DNA from: Candidatus Omnitrophota bacterium
GTDB taxonomy: Bacteria > Omnitrophota > Gorgyraeia > Pluralincolimonadales > Pluralincolimonadaceae
Reading direction: 5' to 3'
Assembly: GCA_003141835.1 (NCBI GenBank)
Contig: PLNR01000008.1
Location: forward strand, 132,472 to 196,471
DNA: 64,000 bases
The position numbers and the translations under genes were made by a program. The notes under the pieces were generated by a model. That model searched no databases. It saw only the letters and a program-made list of their open reading frames with translations, and had not been told where the DNA came from. This document shows, in pieces, positions 23,410 through 34,493 of the stretch. Every line of letters starts with the position of its first letter. Position 1 is the stretch's first letter.

Positions 23410-24708
23410 TTATCTCTCGACCCTTATGGCGACGGTCTTGCGCCTTATGGCCGCCATCCTGTCTATCTCTTCAAGAGCCTGCCTCATGTTCTTCTCTTTC
23501 GCCTCGTGGGTCATCATGACGACCGGCACGATGCGCGCCGCGCGCCTTTCCTTCTGCCCGACGCTGGCTATCGATATCTTATTCCGGCCGAGGATGCCCG
23601 CGACCCTCGCGAGCACGCCGGGTTTGTCGATGCATGAGATGCGGATATAATAGCTCGCCTCGATATCGTCCATCTTCCTGATCTTCTTTATCGACTTGTC
23701 CTTCATATAGATCGGGACCCTGCCTACGGAATTGAACCGCAGGTTGCGCGCGAGGTCGATCACATCGCCGACAACAGAGCTTGCAGCCGGGTTCTGTCCG
23801 GCGCCGCGTCCGTAGAACAAAGTGCCGCCGACCATATCCCCGTGGACGTAGATGGCGTTATAGACCCCGTTTACGTTTGCGAGGAGATGTTCCTTCGATA
23901 AAAGGGTCGGATGGACCCTGACCTCTATCTCGTTATCGACTTTCTTGGCGATCGCGAGCAGTTTTATGGCGTAGCCGAATTCGTCGGCATACCTGATATC
24001 GTTCTGCGATATGTCGAGTATCCCCTCGACGTAAATATCCTTGAGTTTTACCGCTTTGCCGAAACCGAGAAGGGTAAGTATAGCGAGTTTGTGCGCGGAA
24101 TCATAACCCTCGATGTCGAGCGCCGGGTTGCGCTCGGCATAACCCTTCTTCTTCGCCTGTTCGAGGGCGTCGGAGAAACTCAACTCCTCTTCGGCCATGG
24201 CCGAGAGGATATAGTTCGAAGTGCCGTTGACTATGCCGAGTATAGTGTCGATCTCGTTAGCGACGAGCCCCTCGCGCAAAGACTTGATTATCGGGATGCC
24301 GCCGCCGACCGAGGCCTCGTAGAAGATGTCAACGCCGGCCTTCTTCGCCGCGTCGAATATCTCTTCGCCGTGTTCGGTAATAAGGGCTTTGTTGGCGGTT
24401 ACGACATGCTGGCCGCTCTTTATCGCTTTTAGGACAAACTCCTTGGCCGGATGGATCCCGCCGATGAGCTCCACTACGATATCGATGTCGGGATTGCCGA
24501 TGACCTTGTTGATGTCGCTGGTCAGTATCTTCCTATTGACCTTGATGTTCCTCTTGCGGCGCAGGTCATTATCGCAGATGGCCTTAAGCACGACTCGCGC
24601 CCCGACCTGACGCTCTATCCGGGCGGATTTCTGTAATAACGCCTTCGCGACGCCGACGCCTACGGTCCCGAACCCTATCAAACCTACATTGATCTTCTCC
24701 ATTCTCAT
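23410..24708 (-). CDS. hom: Homoserine dehydrogenase
   Basis: [30 protein letters not shown]-terminal ACT domain. Confidence 0.96.
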   Translation of the reverse strand: MRMEKINVGLIGFGTVGVGVAKALLQKSARIERQVGARVVLKAICDNDLRRKRNIKVNRKILTSDINKVIGNPDIDIVVELIGGIHPAKEFVLKAIKSGQHVVTANKALITEHGEEIFDAAKKAGVDIFYEASVGGGIPIIKSLREGLVANEIDTILGIVNGTSNYILSAMAEEELSFSDALEQAKKKGYAERNPALDIEGYDSAHKLAILTLLGFGKAVKLKDIYVEGILDISQNDIRYADEFGYAIKLLAIAKKVDNEIEVRVHPTLLSKEHLLANVNGVYNAIYVHGDMVGGTLFYGRGAGQNPAASSVVGDVIDLARNLRFNSVGRVPIYMKDKSIKKIRKMDDIEASYYIRISCIDKPGVLARVAGILGRNKISIASVGQKERRAARIVPVVMMTHEAKEKNMRQALEEIDRMAAIRRKTVAIRVER

Positions 24709-24728
24709 TACCTCTTATTATTCAGACA

Positions 24729-24737
24729 ATTATATCA
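24729..24737 (-). promoter_or_regulatory. Extended -10 element upstream of hom
   Basis: Minus strand TGATATAAT immediately after the tRNA; AAGAGG RBS before the start. Confidence 0.45.
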
Positions 24738-24742
24738 AAAAA

Positions 24743-24819
24743 TGGTCGGGGCGAGCGGACTTGAACCGCTGACCACTTGTACCCCATACAAGTGCTCTAC
24801 CAAACTGAGCCACGCCCCG
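24743..24819 (-). tRNA. tRNA-Pro (GGG) with encoded CCA
   Basis: Cloverleaf CGGGGCG/CGCCCCG, D arm GCTC/GAGC, anticodon stem CTTGT-ATGGGGT-ACAAG, T loop TTCAAGT, ACCA end. Confidence 0.97.
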
Positions 24820-24842
24820 GTTTATTCGGATTTAGGAAATAA

Positions 24843-24871
24843 ATTATATCAGATTTTTGGGAAGGTGTATA
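24843..24871 (-). promoter_or_regulatory. Promoter for tRNA-Pro
   Basis: Minus strand TATACA-N17-TATAAT with TG extension. Confidence 0.6.
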
Positions 24872-24889
24872 GAGGGAAATTACGAAGCT

Positions 24890-25894
24890 TCAGTTATTGC
24901 TTTCTGACTTCTTCTTGCGGGTCATGAGGTCGCGGACCGCGGTTTTGGGGTCTTTGCCGTTATATATGATGGCGTAGATCTCTTCGGCTATCGGCATCTC
25001 GACTTTGTACTTCTTTTGCAGCTCGTGGCAAGATTCGGCCGTGCCGACGCCCTCGACGACCATCTCAGTCGATTTGAGGACCTGCTCCGGTTTCTTGCCT
25101 TTCCCTATCTCTTCGCCGAACCACCTGTTCCTGCCGTGGGTGCTGACACAGGTTGTTACGAGGTCACCTAACCCGCTGATCCCGTAGAATGTCTCCTGTT
25201 TTGCGCCCATCGCCGTGCCGAGGCGGGCAATCTCGACGATACCCCTTACGAGCATGCTCGATTTTGTATTTACGCCGAATCCCATCCCGTCGGATATCCC
25301 TGCGGCGATAGCGATGACATTTTTTATCGAGCCGCCAAGTTCCACGCCTATAAGGTCGGTATTCGTGTATACCCTGAAAGTTTCGGTCATGAAGAGGTCT
25401 TGTATCTCCTGCGCCGTCTTTTCGTCTTCCGAAGCGGCGACGACTGTCGTGGGAAGACCGCGCACGACTTCAAAAGATATCGTCGGGCCTGAAAGGACGC
25501 CGATCCTTACTTTCCCGAGGACGTCGTGGATGACCTGGGACATCCTCATCATCGTATGGTTCTCTATGCCTTTCGCGACACTGACCAGGAGTTTCCCGTC
25601 GAGCTTCATGCCTTTCATCCGTCCGGCGACTTCCCTCATATGCTGTGACGGAGCTGCGAGCACGAGGATATCGGAGTCACGGACAGCCGAGGCAAGGTCT
25701 GAGGTCAGTAGTATCTGGTCCGGTATTTTGATGCCGGGCAGGAATTTCACATTCTCCCTGGTAGACTTCATCGTCTCAATGTAGTCAGGGAACACCCCCC
25801 ATAACGTGACCTTATTGCCCTTTGCGTTCAATATCATCGCCAGGGTCGTTCCCCACCCGCCGTCGCCTATTACCGTTATTTTTTTAGTGTTCAT
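24890..25894 (-). CDS. gpsA: NAD(P)H-dependent glycerol-3-phosphate dehydrogenase
   Basis: GDGGWGT, SVAKGIE, SGPT, GGSIKNVIAI, GLGDLVTTC, RN. Confidence 0.96.
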   Translation of the reverse strand: MNTKKITVIGDGGWGTTLAMILNAKGNKVTLWGVFPDYIETMKSTRENVKFLPGIKIPDQILLTSDLASAVRDSDILVLAAPSQHMREVAGRMKGMKLDGKLLVSVAKGIENHTMMRMSQVIHDVLGKVRIGVLSGPTISFEVVRGLPTTVVAASEDEKTAQEIQDLFMTETFRVYTNTDLIGVELGGSIKNVIAIAAGISDGMGFGVNTKSSMLVRGIVEIARLGTAMGAKQETFYGISGLGDLVTTCVSTHGRNRWFGEEIGKGKKPEQVLKSTEMVVEGVGTAESCHELQKKYKVEMPIAEEIYAIIYNGKDPKTAVRDLMTRKKKSESNN

Positions 25895-26510
25895 TTTTTT
25901 TCCCGAAAGTGAAGGCGTGTTCCTCGCCGCGCACCATCCTCTTTATATTAGGATAATGCTTGTAGACGGTGATACCGCACATTACCGCGGTTATGATGAC
26001 GAAGACCGGCGGATACGGCATTACCGCCAGCATTATGGGTATCGAGACCGCGCTGATTATCGAGGCGAGCGAGACGTAGCGTTTCCATGCGAAGATCGCT
26101 ATCCATATCACCAGGGCGACGAGGAATACATTCGGCGCCACCCCGATGAATACCCCGGATGAGGTCGCTATCCCCTTCCCGCCCTTGAACCCCAAAAATA
26201 CCGTCCAGATATGCCCGATGATAGCCATACAGCCGAGCATCAGCGCGTAGGTATCCGGTTCGATCGACGTCACTCCGATGCGGATGAACATCTTCGCGAC
26301 GAGCGCGACACAGACCCAGCCCTTGAGGATATCTACGATGAGGACCAAAAGGCCAGGGAGTTTCCCGACCACCCTTGCCGTGTTCGTCGCGCCGACGTTG
26401 CCGCTGCCGTGCTCGCGTATATCGATCCCCTTTAAATATTTCGCGACAAGAAAACTCGTCGGGATCGAGCCTATCAGGTAACAGAGTATGAATGAGGACG
26501 CGATCAGCAT
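25884..26510 (-). CDS. plsY: Glycerol-3-phosphate acyltransferase
   Basis: YLIGSIP, GSGNVGATN, GH..FKGGKGIAT, HYPNIKR. Confidence 0.96.
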   Translation of the reverse strand: MLIASSFILCYLIGSIPTSFLVAKYLKGIDIREHGSGNVGATNTARVVGKLPGLLVLIVDILKGWVCVALVAKMFIRIGVTSIEPDTYALMLGCMAIIGHIWTVFLGFKGGKGIATSSGVFIGVAPNVFLVALVIWIAIFAWKRYVSLASIISAVSIPIMLAVMPYPPVFVIITAVMCGITVYKHYPNIKRMVRGEEHAFTFGKKNEH

Positions 26511-26511
26511 A

Positions 26512-27063
26512 TTATTTTTTCCCGTGTGTACCGTTCAACTGTTTTGCCCCGCGGAAGACGTAATCGATGCCTGAGAGCAATGTGAATATCGCCGCGAGGT
26601 TCCATACGTATGCCGAGTGCTTATATAAGAGTAGCACGCTTATTATCGCCATCATCTGGAAGAACGTCGTAAGCTTGCCCAGCACGCTGGGCGCTATCTT
26701 CACGTCGCCGTTTGTCAGGAATATGACGACGACGCCTATTACGATGATTATGTCCCGGCTGACGACCGTGATCGGAAGCCAGAGCGGCAGTTTTACGCTC
26801 CCGCTCCAGACTGTCAGCGCGATAAAAGATATGATGAGCAGGAATTTGTCGGCGATCGGGTCCATTATCGTGCCGAGCGGGGTCTTTTGCTTGAGGATCC
26901 GCGCCAGGAAACCGTCCATCGCGTCGGTAAGGACCGCTATCACGAATATCGTGAGCGCGATGAACCTCAAGTTATCCTGCTCCGGCTTATAATAGAGGAC
27001 CAGGCCGAAGAATATCGGCGTCAGGAGCACCCTGAGTATGGTTATCTTATTTGCTATGTTCAT
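26512..27063 (-). CDS. pgsA: CDP-diacylglycerol--glycerol-3-phosphate 3-phosphatidyltransferase family
   Basis: ANKITILR, TDAMDGFLAR..TPLGTIMDPIADK. Confidence 0.85.
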   Translation of the reverse strand: MNIANKITILRVLLTPIFFGLVLYYKPEQDNLRFIALTIFVIAVLTDAMDGFLARILKQKTPLGTIMDPIADKFLLIISFIALTVWSGSVKLPLWLPITVVSRDIIIVIGVVVIFLTNGDVKIAPSVLGKLTTFFQMMAIISVLLLYKHSAYVWNLAAIFTLLSGIDYVFRGAKQLNGTHGKK

Positions 27064-27066
27064 CGT

Positions 27067-27666
27067 CTATTTGTCGGTTATGGTCTGCATCCTGTTAAGC
27101 GGCCATATGAGAAGGACGGCTTTCCCGATCAGGGAATTTTTAGGGACGAAACCCCAGTACCTGCTGTCCTTGCTGTTGGCGGAATTGTCGCCTAAAACGA
27201 AATATGAATCGTTCGGCACGGTGATCGGCTTGCCTTCGATGCCGTAATCGCCCCTGTTGTAATAAGTTACCCTCCTGAACGCGGGCGGGTCATTGACCTC
27301 CTTGCCGTTCACGATAAGCTTGCCGTCCTTGATCTCGACCGTATCGCCTGGGCCCGCGATGAACCTTTTTATGAATGCCACCGGGTCGTTCGGCGGCGGC
27401 GCCTTGAAGACGACGATATCGCCGGCCTTCGGTTCCCTAAATCCCGGGATACGGACGTTTATGAACGGCATCCGCGCCCCGTAGATAAATTTCACTACGA
27501 CTACCCTGTCGCCCTCTTGGAGGGTCGGCTTCATAGAACCGGACGGGATCTTGTAGAATTCAAAGATGAATACCTTTATGACGAACGCCAGGAGGAACGC
27601 GACTACGATTATCTCGATAAATTCCCGGAACCAGTGTTTCTTGGCCTTGTTTCCAATATTTTCCAT
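27067..27666 (-). CDS. lepB: Signal peptidase I
   Basis: IPSGSMKPTL, FIKR, GDNSANSKDSRYWG. Confidence 0.96.
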   Translation of the reverse strand: MENIGNKAKKHWFREFIEIIVVAFLLAFVIKVFIFEFYKIPSGSMKPTLQEGDRVVVVKFIYGARMPFINVRIPGFREPKAGDIVVFKAPPPNDPVAFIKRFIAGPGDTVEIKDGKLIVNGKEVNDPPAFRRVTYYNRGDYGIEGKPITVPNDSYFVLGDNSANSKDSRYWGFVPKNSLIGKAVLLIWPLNRMQTITDK

Positions 27667-27676
27667 CTCGCCCCTT

Positions 27677-29467
27677 TTAGAGTTTAAGTACCGCCATAAA
27701 GGCTTCCTGCGGTATCTCGACTTTCCCGAACTGCTTCATGCGTTTCTTGCCTTCTTTTTGTTTCTCCCAGAGCTTGCGTTTCCTCGTAATGTCGCCGCCG
27801 TAGCACTTCGCGGTGACGTTCTTGCCGACAGGCCTGACCGTCTCCCTGGCGATTATCTTGCTCCCTATCGCGGCCTGGAGCGCTACCTCGAACAACTGCC
27901 TCGGGATAAGCTCCTTCAATTTAGTGACGAGCTGGTTGCCCTTCGTATGCGCGTTCTCCTTATGGATGATGAACGAGAGCGCGTCGCAGGGCTTGCCGTT
28001 TATGAGTATGTCAAGTTTTACGAGGTCGCTGGGCTTATATTCTTTGAACTCGTAGTCGAGCGAGCCGTAGCCCCTCGTCATGGACTTTATTTTATCATAA
28101 AAATCCACAATAATCTCGGATAATGGGAATTCATAGACCAGCATCGCCCTTGTCGGATCAAGGTATTCGGTCGATATATAGGTCCCCCTTCTCTCCTGGC
28201 ATAACTGCATCACGTTGCCGAGTGAATCCGACGGCGAGATGACGAACGCCCTTATGAACGGCTCCTCGATCTCATCGATCTCCTGCGGCGCCGGGAGCTT
28301 GCTCGGGTTCTCTATCTCGACTGTCTCGCCGTCGGTCTTTATGACTTTATATACCACGCTCGGAGTGGTCGCGATGAGGTTCAGGTTATATTCCCTTTCG
28401 AGCCGCTCCTGTATGATCTCCATGTGAAGCAGTCCGAGAAAACCGCAGCGGAAACCGAACCCGAAAGAAACTGAGGACTCGACTTCATATATGAAGGAAG
28501 CGTCGCTCAGTTCCATCTTTTCGAGCGCGTCCCTGAGGAACGGGAAATCCTTTGCGTTTACCGGGTAGAGGCCGCAGAAGACGAGCGGCCGTACTTTCTT
28601 ATATCCGGGTAGCGCGTCGGCAGCCGGCCTCCTGAAATCAGTCACCGTGTCTCCGACGTGGACCTCTTTTGGTACCTTGATATTACAGGTGATGTAGCCG
28701 ACCTCTCCGACCGAGAGTTCATCGACAGCGACAGGCGCAGGCTTGAATACGCCTACCTCTTCTATATCGTAGACGCGGCCGGTGCCCATCATCTTGATCT
28801 TCATTCCCTTCCTGATCGACCCGTTCTTGAGCCTTATGTAGACGACGACACCCTTGAACGTATCGAACGCCGAGTCGATTATAAGCGCCTGCAGCGGATT
28901 TACTGTTTCGCCTTTCGGGGCCGGTATTTTGTCGACGATCGCCTGTATTATCTCGTCCACGCCTATCCCGGACTTGGCGCTGGCCATTATCGGCTCTATC
29001 TCAGTCAAATGGAGCGTATCCCTGAGCTGCTGGACCACCCTATCCGGTTCGGCGCTCGGCAGGTCTATCTTGTTTATTACGGGGATGATGACGAGGTTGT
29101 GTTCCCGCGCCAGATAAAGGTTGGCGACTGTCTGGGCCTCGACGCCCTGCGCCGCGTCTACGACGAGAAGCACGCCCTCGCATGCGGCAAGCGCTTTTGA
29201 GACTTCGTAGGTGAAATCGACATGGCCGGGCGTATCGATGAGGTTGAGGATGTAATCCTTCCCCCCGGCTGAATGGTTTAATCTCACGGCTTTGGCCTTG
29301 ATCGTGATGCCGCGCTCCCTCTCGAGGTCCATGCCGTCGAGCATCTGGTCGTGGAACTCCCTCTGGGAGATAGCGCCGGTCTTCAAGAGCAGCCTGTCGG
29401 CTAAGGTCGATTTCCCGTGGTCTATATGGGCGATGATGCAGAAATTACGGATTAACGACTTATCCAT
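27677..29467 (-). CDS. lepA: Elongation factor 4
   Basis: [42 protein letters not shown]. Confidence 0.99.
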   Translation of the reverse strand: MDKSLIRNFCIIAHIDHGKSTLADRLLLKTGAISQREFHDQMLDGMDLERERGITIKAKAVRLNHSAGGKDYILNLIDTPGHVDFTYEVSKALAACEGVLLVVDAAQGVEAQTVANLYLAREHNLVIIPVINKIDLPSAEPDRVVQQLRDTLHLTEIEPIMASAKSGIGVDEIIQAIVDKIPAPKGETVNPLQALIIDSAFDTFKGVVVYIRLKNGSIRKGMKIKMMGTGRVYDIEEVGVFKPAPVAVDELSVGEVGYITCNIKVPKEVHVGDTVTDFRRPAADALPGYKKVRPLVFCGLYPVNAKDFPFLRDALEKMELSDASFIYEVESSVSFGFGFRCGFLGLLHMEIIQERLEREYNLNLIATTPSVVYKVIKTDGETVEIENPSKLPAPQEIDEIEEPFIRAFVISPSDSLGNVMQLCQERRGTYISTEYLDPTRAMLVYEFPLSEIIVDFYDKIKSMTRGYGSLDYEFKEYKPSDLVKLDILINGKPCDALSFIIHKENAHTKGNQLVTKLKELIPRQLFEVALQAAIGSKIIARETVRPVGKNVTAKCYGGDITRKRKLWEKQKEGKKRMKQFGKVEIPQEAFMAVLKL

Positions 29468-30909
29468 TATTTGATCGTCTTAGACATCCTGTCGACTATA
29501 GCGATGAGGTCCCTGGCTTCCTTGTCGGTATGAGCCTCGCTGTATACCCTGAGTATAGGCTCGGTGCCCGAAGGCCTTATCAGGAGCCAACTCTCGTCGT
29601 CGAATATGAATTTCAGGCCGTCGTAGGTCTTTATGTCGACGACCTTGCGTTTGAATATCTTTCCGGAGCCCTTACCCTGCAATTTAGCGAAAAGGCTTTT
29701 AACTACCTTTTCTCTCGTCTTTAAGGGGATCTCGACATCCTGCCTGTGGTACCTGAATTTGCCGAACTTCTTTTCCATATCATCGATGAGGACGAGGATG
29801 GGCTTCTTCTCCTGCTGCATCATCTCGACCAGTAAGAGCCCGGTCAATATACCGTCCCTTTCCGGAATGTAATTCTTTACGCCTATGCCGCCTGATTCCT
29901 CGCCGCCGACCAGTACGTTCTCGCGCTGCATCAGTTTCGCGATATGCTTGAAACCGACAGGCGTCTCGAAGAATTTCAGGTTATAATGTTTGGCTATCTT
30001 GTTCATGAGCATCGGGCCCGCGATATTCTTGACGAGCGCGCCTCTCCAGCGCCTGTTCTCGATGAAATGGAGGGCGATGAGGCACATTATCTCCCCGGGC
30101 GTGATGAACCTTCCTCCGGGGGCGACCGCGCCGACCCTGTCAGCGTCGCCGTCTGTCGCCAAGCCTATGTCATATTTGCCTTTTTTCATTATTGCCATTA
30201 ATTTCGGCATGTTATGCGGGAGCGGCTCAGGCTTCAATCCCTCGAATGTGGGGTTCGGCTCGGCATTGATTGTGTCTATCTTTACCTTCGTGCCTTTTAA
30301 TACGGCCGCGTGGTAGCTGTTCCCGGCGCCGTGCATCGCCTCAGCCACGACTTTGAGGTCACAGTTTTTCAAAAGGTCGAGGTCCAGGTATTTGCGGACC
30401 GCGTCGAGATATTTCGGCATCGGGTCTATCACTTCGATCTTCTTTGTCCTGACGGCTTCCTCGAGGGATAAAGTCTTTACCTTGTTCTTATAAAGGAACG
30501 CCTCTACTTTATGGGTAACGGTCTGGTCAGCAGGCGAACCGAACTGAGTCTTTATCTTGAGCCCGCTGAACCTTCCCGGGTTATGGCTCGCGGTGATGAT
30601 GAGCCCGCCGTTCAACCCAAGCAACCTTATGTTGTAGCTTGTAGTCGGGGTCGGCGATGGTTTATCCGAGAGATATACCTTTAAACCATTGGCCGCCAAA
30701 ACTTCGGCGACGGCCTGGGCGAATTTATCGGATATAAAACGGGTGTCGTAACCTATTATTATGCGGCGCGGAGCCTTGAATTCATTGTTGAAATAATCGG
30801 CGCATGCCTGCGCGACTATCCGCACATTCTCGAACGTGAAATCTTCGGCTATCAGGCCTCTCCAGCCGTCGGTACCGAATTTGATCTGTGGTCCCTCCGC
30901 CTTTTTCAT
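29467..30909 (-). CDS. Phosphoglucomutase/phosphomannomutase family
   Basis: [34 protein letters not shown]. Confidence 0.93.
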   Translation of the reverse strand: MKKAEGPQIKFGTDGWRGLIAEDFTFENVRIVAQACADYFNNEFKAPRRIIIGYDTRFISDKFAQAVAEVLAANGLKVYLSDKPSPTPTTSYNIRLLGLNGGLIITASHNPGRFSGLKIKTQFGSPADQTVTHKVEAFLYKNKVKTLSLEEAVRTKKIEVIDPMPKYLDAVRKYLDLDLLKNCDLKVVAEAMHGAGNSYHAAVLKGTKVKIDTINAEPNPTFEGLKPEPLPHNMPKLMAIMKKGKYDIGLATDGDADRVGAVAPGGRFITPGEIMCLIALHFIENRRWRGALVKNIAGPMLMNKIAKHYNLKFFETPVGFKHIAKLMQRENVLVGGEESGGIGVKNYIPERDGILTGLLLVEMMQQEKKPILVLIDDMEKKFGKFRYHRQDVEIPLKTREKVVKSLFAKLQGKGSGKIFKRKVVDIKTYDGLKFIFDDESWLLIRPSGTEPILRVYSEAHTDKEARDLIAIVDRMSKTIK

Positions 30910-30928
30910 TTTTTCTCCTTTTAACCCA

Positions 30929-32200
30929 TCACCCGATATGCAAGACTTCTGAAATATTCTTTTCTTGGGACTTTCCCGCTGTCCCGATGACGGCCATGTT
31001 CAGGTGCCTGTCTGTGAATACGCGCCCGGCTACCCTTCTCACGTCATCAGGGGTTATCTTCTCGATCTCAACGACGACTTCCTGCGGCGTGGGGATCTTG
31101 CCTTCCGCCGAAAGATGCTCGCCCATCCATAACATCTGGTCAAGCGTGTCCTCCAACCCGAGGAGAAGCTGGCCTTTATAGAACTCGCGGGCGCGCTCGA
31201 ACTCGTCCTTGCCCACGGTCTTATCTTTTATCTTTTTGAGTTCCTTCATTACCAGTTCGGTGGATTTTATCACATTTTTGTTGTCGAGCCCGGCAGAGAC
31301 GAGGAAAGCGCCTGTATCGTTCAATTTCTTTGTGTGGGTGTTTATTTCGTATGCCAGGCCGCGTTTCTCGCGGATCTCCTTAAAGAGCCTGCTCGACATA
31401 TTACCGCCCAGGATTATATTCAGCATCGTCAGGGCGTATTTATCGGGATCACCGCGCCCGAAAGCGCGGATGCCTATCGCGAGGTGCGCCTGCTCCGTCT
31501 CTTTCGAGAGTGTCTTGAAGTTAGGCCTCTTCTGCGCCTCCGAGGCATTTTTATATGAGGATTTCATTCCGGGGCGCGCGGCATCAAGGTATTTTTCGCA
31601 GGATGAGAAGAACCTGTCCGCGTCAAGGTTCCCGGCGGCCGAGACGACTATATTTGCGGGATTATAATATTTATTTTTATAACCGGATATATCAGCTCTC
31701 TTCATATCCGAGACGGTTTTGACCGTGCCGGCCAGGTTACGGCCGAGAGGCTGGTCAGGCCAGAGAAGTTCCATAAGCATGTCCTGGACGTGGTGGTTCG
31801 GGAGGTCCATGTAAAGCTTGATCTCTTCCTGGATCACCGTCTTCTCTTTTTTGATATCGACGGGATCGAGTTTAGCGTTCAGGACCATATCCGAAAGGAT
31901 GTCGAGGGCAGTGTCCATATCCCTTCTTAAGACCTTAACGAGATAGCAGGTGAACTCTTCCGAGGTGAAGCCGTTCATCGCCCCGCCTCTCCCTTCGATC
32001 GCCTCTTTTATGTCGTCATTCGTCCTCTTCTTCGTCCCCTTGAAAAGGAGGTGCTCGATGAAATGAGATACGCCGCTTATCGCCTTCGGCTCGTAACGCG
32101 CGCCGACGTTAAGCCAGATACCTATAGAGATGGAATCCCTGTCCGGGATCTCCCTGGCAACGAACCGCCCGCCGTTACCAAAGGTCTTGAATCTATACAT
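30929..32200 (-). CDS. M16 (pitrilysin) family zinc peptidase
   Basis: HFIEHLLFKGT inverted zinc motif; SSRLFKEIREKRGLAY. Confidence 0.93.
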   Translation of the reverse strand: MYRFKTFGNGGRFVAREIPDRDSISIGIWLNVGARYEPKAISGVSHFIEHLLFKGTKKRTNDDIKEAIEGRGGAMNGFTSEEFTCYLVKVLRRDMDTALDILSDMVLNAKLDPVDIKKEKTVIQEEIKLYMDLPNHHVQDMLMELLWPDQPLGRNLAGTVKTVSDMKRADISGYKNKYYNPANIVVSAAGNLDADRFFSSCEKYLDAARPGMKSSYKNASEAQKRPNFKTLSKETEQAHLAIGIRAFGRGDPDKYALTMLNIILGGNMSSRLFKEIREKRGLAYEINTHTKKLNDTGAFLVSAGLDNKNVIKSTELVMKELKKIKDKTVGKDEFERAREFYKGQLLLGLEDTLDQMLWMGEHLSAEGKIPTPQEVVVEIEKITPDDVRRVAGRVFTDRHLNMAVIGTAGKSQEKNISEVLHIG

Positions 32201-32612
32201 TATGTTTCAACCTTTCGAGGTATGATTCGAGGATCAGTTGCGCGGCCATCTTGTCTATGACGCTCTTCCGCTTCTTTCTCGAGACATCAGCCGATATCAG
32301 GAATTTTTCGCTTTCTTTGGTGGATAACCTTTCGTCGTAGGTATAGACCGGTATGGAGAGGCGGCCCTTGAGCGTCTCGACGAATTCATTCACTTTTTCA
32401 GCGCTCTTGCCTTTAGTCCCGTCCATATTTATAGGCATCCCGACTACTACAGATTCGGCCTTATATTCCTCTATTATTTTTTTAATTTCGTTGAGATCAG
32501 CCTCAAGCTCTTTCCTTGCTATGACGGTCACGCCCTGGGCTATTATGCCGAGCGGGTCGCTTACAGCTACCCCTATCCTTTTTTCGCCTGCGTCCAGCGC
32601 CAGTACCCTCAT
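32193..32612 (-). CDS. ruvX: YqgF/RuvX nuclease
   Basis: LALDAGEKRIGVAVSD, YDERLST, IDKMAA; ATGA overlap with the manC stop. Confidence 0.95.
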   Translation of the reverse strand: MRVLALDAGEKRIGVAVSDPLGIIAQGVTVIARKELEADLNEIKKIIEEYKAESVVVGMPINMDGTKGKSAEKVNEFVETLKGRLSIPVYTYDERLSTKESEKFLISADVSRKKRKSVIDKMAAQLILESYLERLKHNV

Positions 32613-33703
32613 AGGCATCCCTTGAGGTCCTTATCCGATTTCATGAGCCCGACGAGCCTCTTGACGTCCTGCGCCCTGTCGCGGCTGCAGACGAGCACGC
32701 AGTCGCCGTCGCGCACCACTATTATATCGGATACGCCTATCGTCCCTATGATGCCCTGCGAGGAGACTATCACCGAATTTTTCGTGTCTATCTCCTTGTG
32801 GGAGCCGATCGTGAAATTGCCGTCCTTGTCTGTCGCGAGATGGCGGGCGAGCGAATCCCAGGAGCCGAGGTCATCCCAGTAAAATTTCCCTTCGACCGCG
32901 AATATCCTCTTCTCTTTTTCCAGGACGCCGTAATCTATCGATATCTCTTCGAGGTTCGGATAGACGCTGTTAAGTTTCCCGTAAAAGCTGAAATGACCGA
33001 TGCTCGGTTCAAGCAGCTGCAGGCCGAGGTAGAGCCTGGGGAGGTTCTCCTTTATCGCGTCGAGGATGCTCGTCGCCTTCCATATGAAGATACCGCCGTT
33101 CCAGTAATACCTCTTCTCTTTCAGGAATTTCATCGCGTTCGAAAGGCTCGGTTTTTCGACGAATGCCATGACCCTGTGGACCTTCGCTTTCAGGCCCGGG
33201 CCTTTTATCCTGAACTGGCCGCTCGTGTCTATCCTAAGGTAGCCGTATCCTGTTGCGGGGAAAGTGGGCTTTACGCCTATCGTCACAAGGCCGTTCGAGG
33301 CCTCGGCGACCTTTACGCCAGTCAGGAGCGCGTCTATGAATTTATCTTTTTCCTTTATGAAGTGGTCCGACGGCAGGACGATCAACGTCGCCTGGGGATC
33401 AGCTTTCTTTATGATCATTGCGGCGAGCCCGCATGCCGCAGCCGTGTTTTTCGCTGCCGGCTCGGCGATTATGTTCTTTATGGATGGCAGGTCGGCTTTT
33501 ATCGAACCGAACTGCTCCTTGTTCGTAATGACGTATATCCTTTCGGCCGGGACTATAGGCAGTATCCTGTCGACCGTCTCCTGGATGAGCGACCGCCTGC
33601 CCATCAGCTTAAGCGTCTGTTTCGGGGTCTTTGCCCTGCTCTTGGGCCAGAACCTCTCTCCTCTTCCGCCGGCGATAATTACCGCATAGATATTTTTATT
33701 GAT
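32609..33703 (-). CDS. manC: Mannose-1-phosphate guanylyltransferase, apparent ATC start
   Basis: Frame extends upstream of the ORF-track start to [29 protein letters not shown]; also EPAAKNTA, LPSDH, FVEKP, WDDLGSW; GGAGG 6 nt before the ATC at 33703. Confidence 0.9.
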   Translation of the reverse strand: MNKNIYAVIIAGGRGERFWPKSRAKTPKQTLKLMGRRSLIQETVDRILPIVPAERIYVITNKEQFGSIKADLPSIKNIIAEPAAKNTAAACGLAAMIIKKADPQATLIVLPSDHFIKEKDKFIDALLTGVKVAEASNGLVTIGVKPTFPATGYGYLRIDTSGQFRIKGPGLKAKVHRVMAFVEKPSLSNAMKFLKEKRYYWNGGIFIWKATSILDAIKENLPRLYLGLQLLEPSIGHFSFYGKLNSVYPNLEEISIDYGVLEKEKRIFAVEGKFYWDDLGSWDSLARHLATDKDGNFTIGSHKEIDTKNSVIVSSQGIIGTIGVSDIIVVRDGDCVLVCSRDRAQDVKRLVGLMKSDKDLKGCL

Positions 33704-34493
33704 GGGAGGCCTCCGCTAATTTTTGGACGTAGTCGCCTACGAGCTTGATAAAGTCCTTGCGTTTAGAGTTTTTCTCTATTTCCTTTACGATGGCCGACCC
33801 GACTATGACCCCTTCGGCCATCTTTGCTATCTCGCGGACCTGCCCGGGCCTTGAGACGCCGAACCCGACGCAGACCGGTTTATCCGAATATCTTTTTATC
33901 AGGCGGACGCGCGATGCCAGCTCTTTCGGCAGGTTTGCCCGCGCTCCGGTGATCCCGGTGAGCGAGACGTAATAAATGAAACCTTTTGACTTCTTTGAGA
34001 CGAGCCTTATCCTATCGGGGGTGCTCGTAGGGCTCAATAAAAATATCGTCGCGAAATCCCTCTTCTTTGCTTCGGCTACCAGGTCTTCCGCCTCATCCGG
34101 AGGAAGGTCCGGGATGATCACCCCATCGACGCCGTTTCCCGCGCAGTCCGAGACGAATTTTTTCAATCCGTATTTCAGGACCGGATTATAATATCCCATG
34201 AGGATGACCGGGATACAGGTCGAGCGCCTCAGGTCTTTGACCAGTTTAATGATATCTTTAAGTTTCGTTCCGCGTTTTAAGGCGCGCTCGGACGAGGCCT
34301 GTATCGTTGGGCCGTCTGCGACCGGGTCGGAGAACGGCACACCGAGCTCGATGATGTCGACGCCGCGCCTGTCAAATTCAAGGACGAGCTTTTTTGTCGT
34401 CGAAAGGCCGAAGTCACCGGCGGTCAGGAAAGCGATGAGCGCCTTCTGCTTTTTCTTTTTAAGTTCCTTGAATTTTTTGTCTATTCTATTCAT
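33696..34493 (-). CDS. trpA: Tryptophan synthase alpha subunit
   Basis: [36 protein letters not shown]. Confidence 0.98.
   Translation of the reverse strand: MNRIDKKFKELKKKKQKALIAFLTAGDFGLSTTKKLVLEFDRRGVDIIELGVPFSDPVADGPTIQASSERALKRGTKLKDIIKLVKDLRRSTCIPVILMGYYNPVLKYGLKKFVSDCAGNGVDGVIIPDLPPDEAEDLVAEAKKRDFATIFLLSPTSTPDRIRLVSKKSKGFIYYVSLTGITGARANLPKELASRVRLIKRYSDKPVCVGFGVSRPGQVREIAKMAEGVIVGSAIVKEIEKNSKRKDFIKLVGDYVQKLAEASHQ

Noticed and set aside
24709-24889. tRNA-Pro as an integration site
   Set aside because: No integrase or duplicated tRNA 3' end seen; both flanks are housekeeping genes
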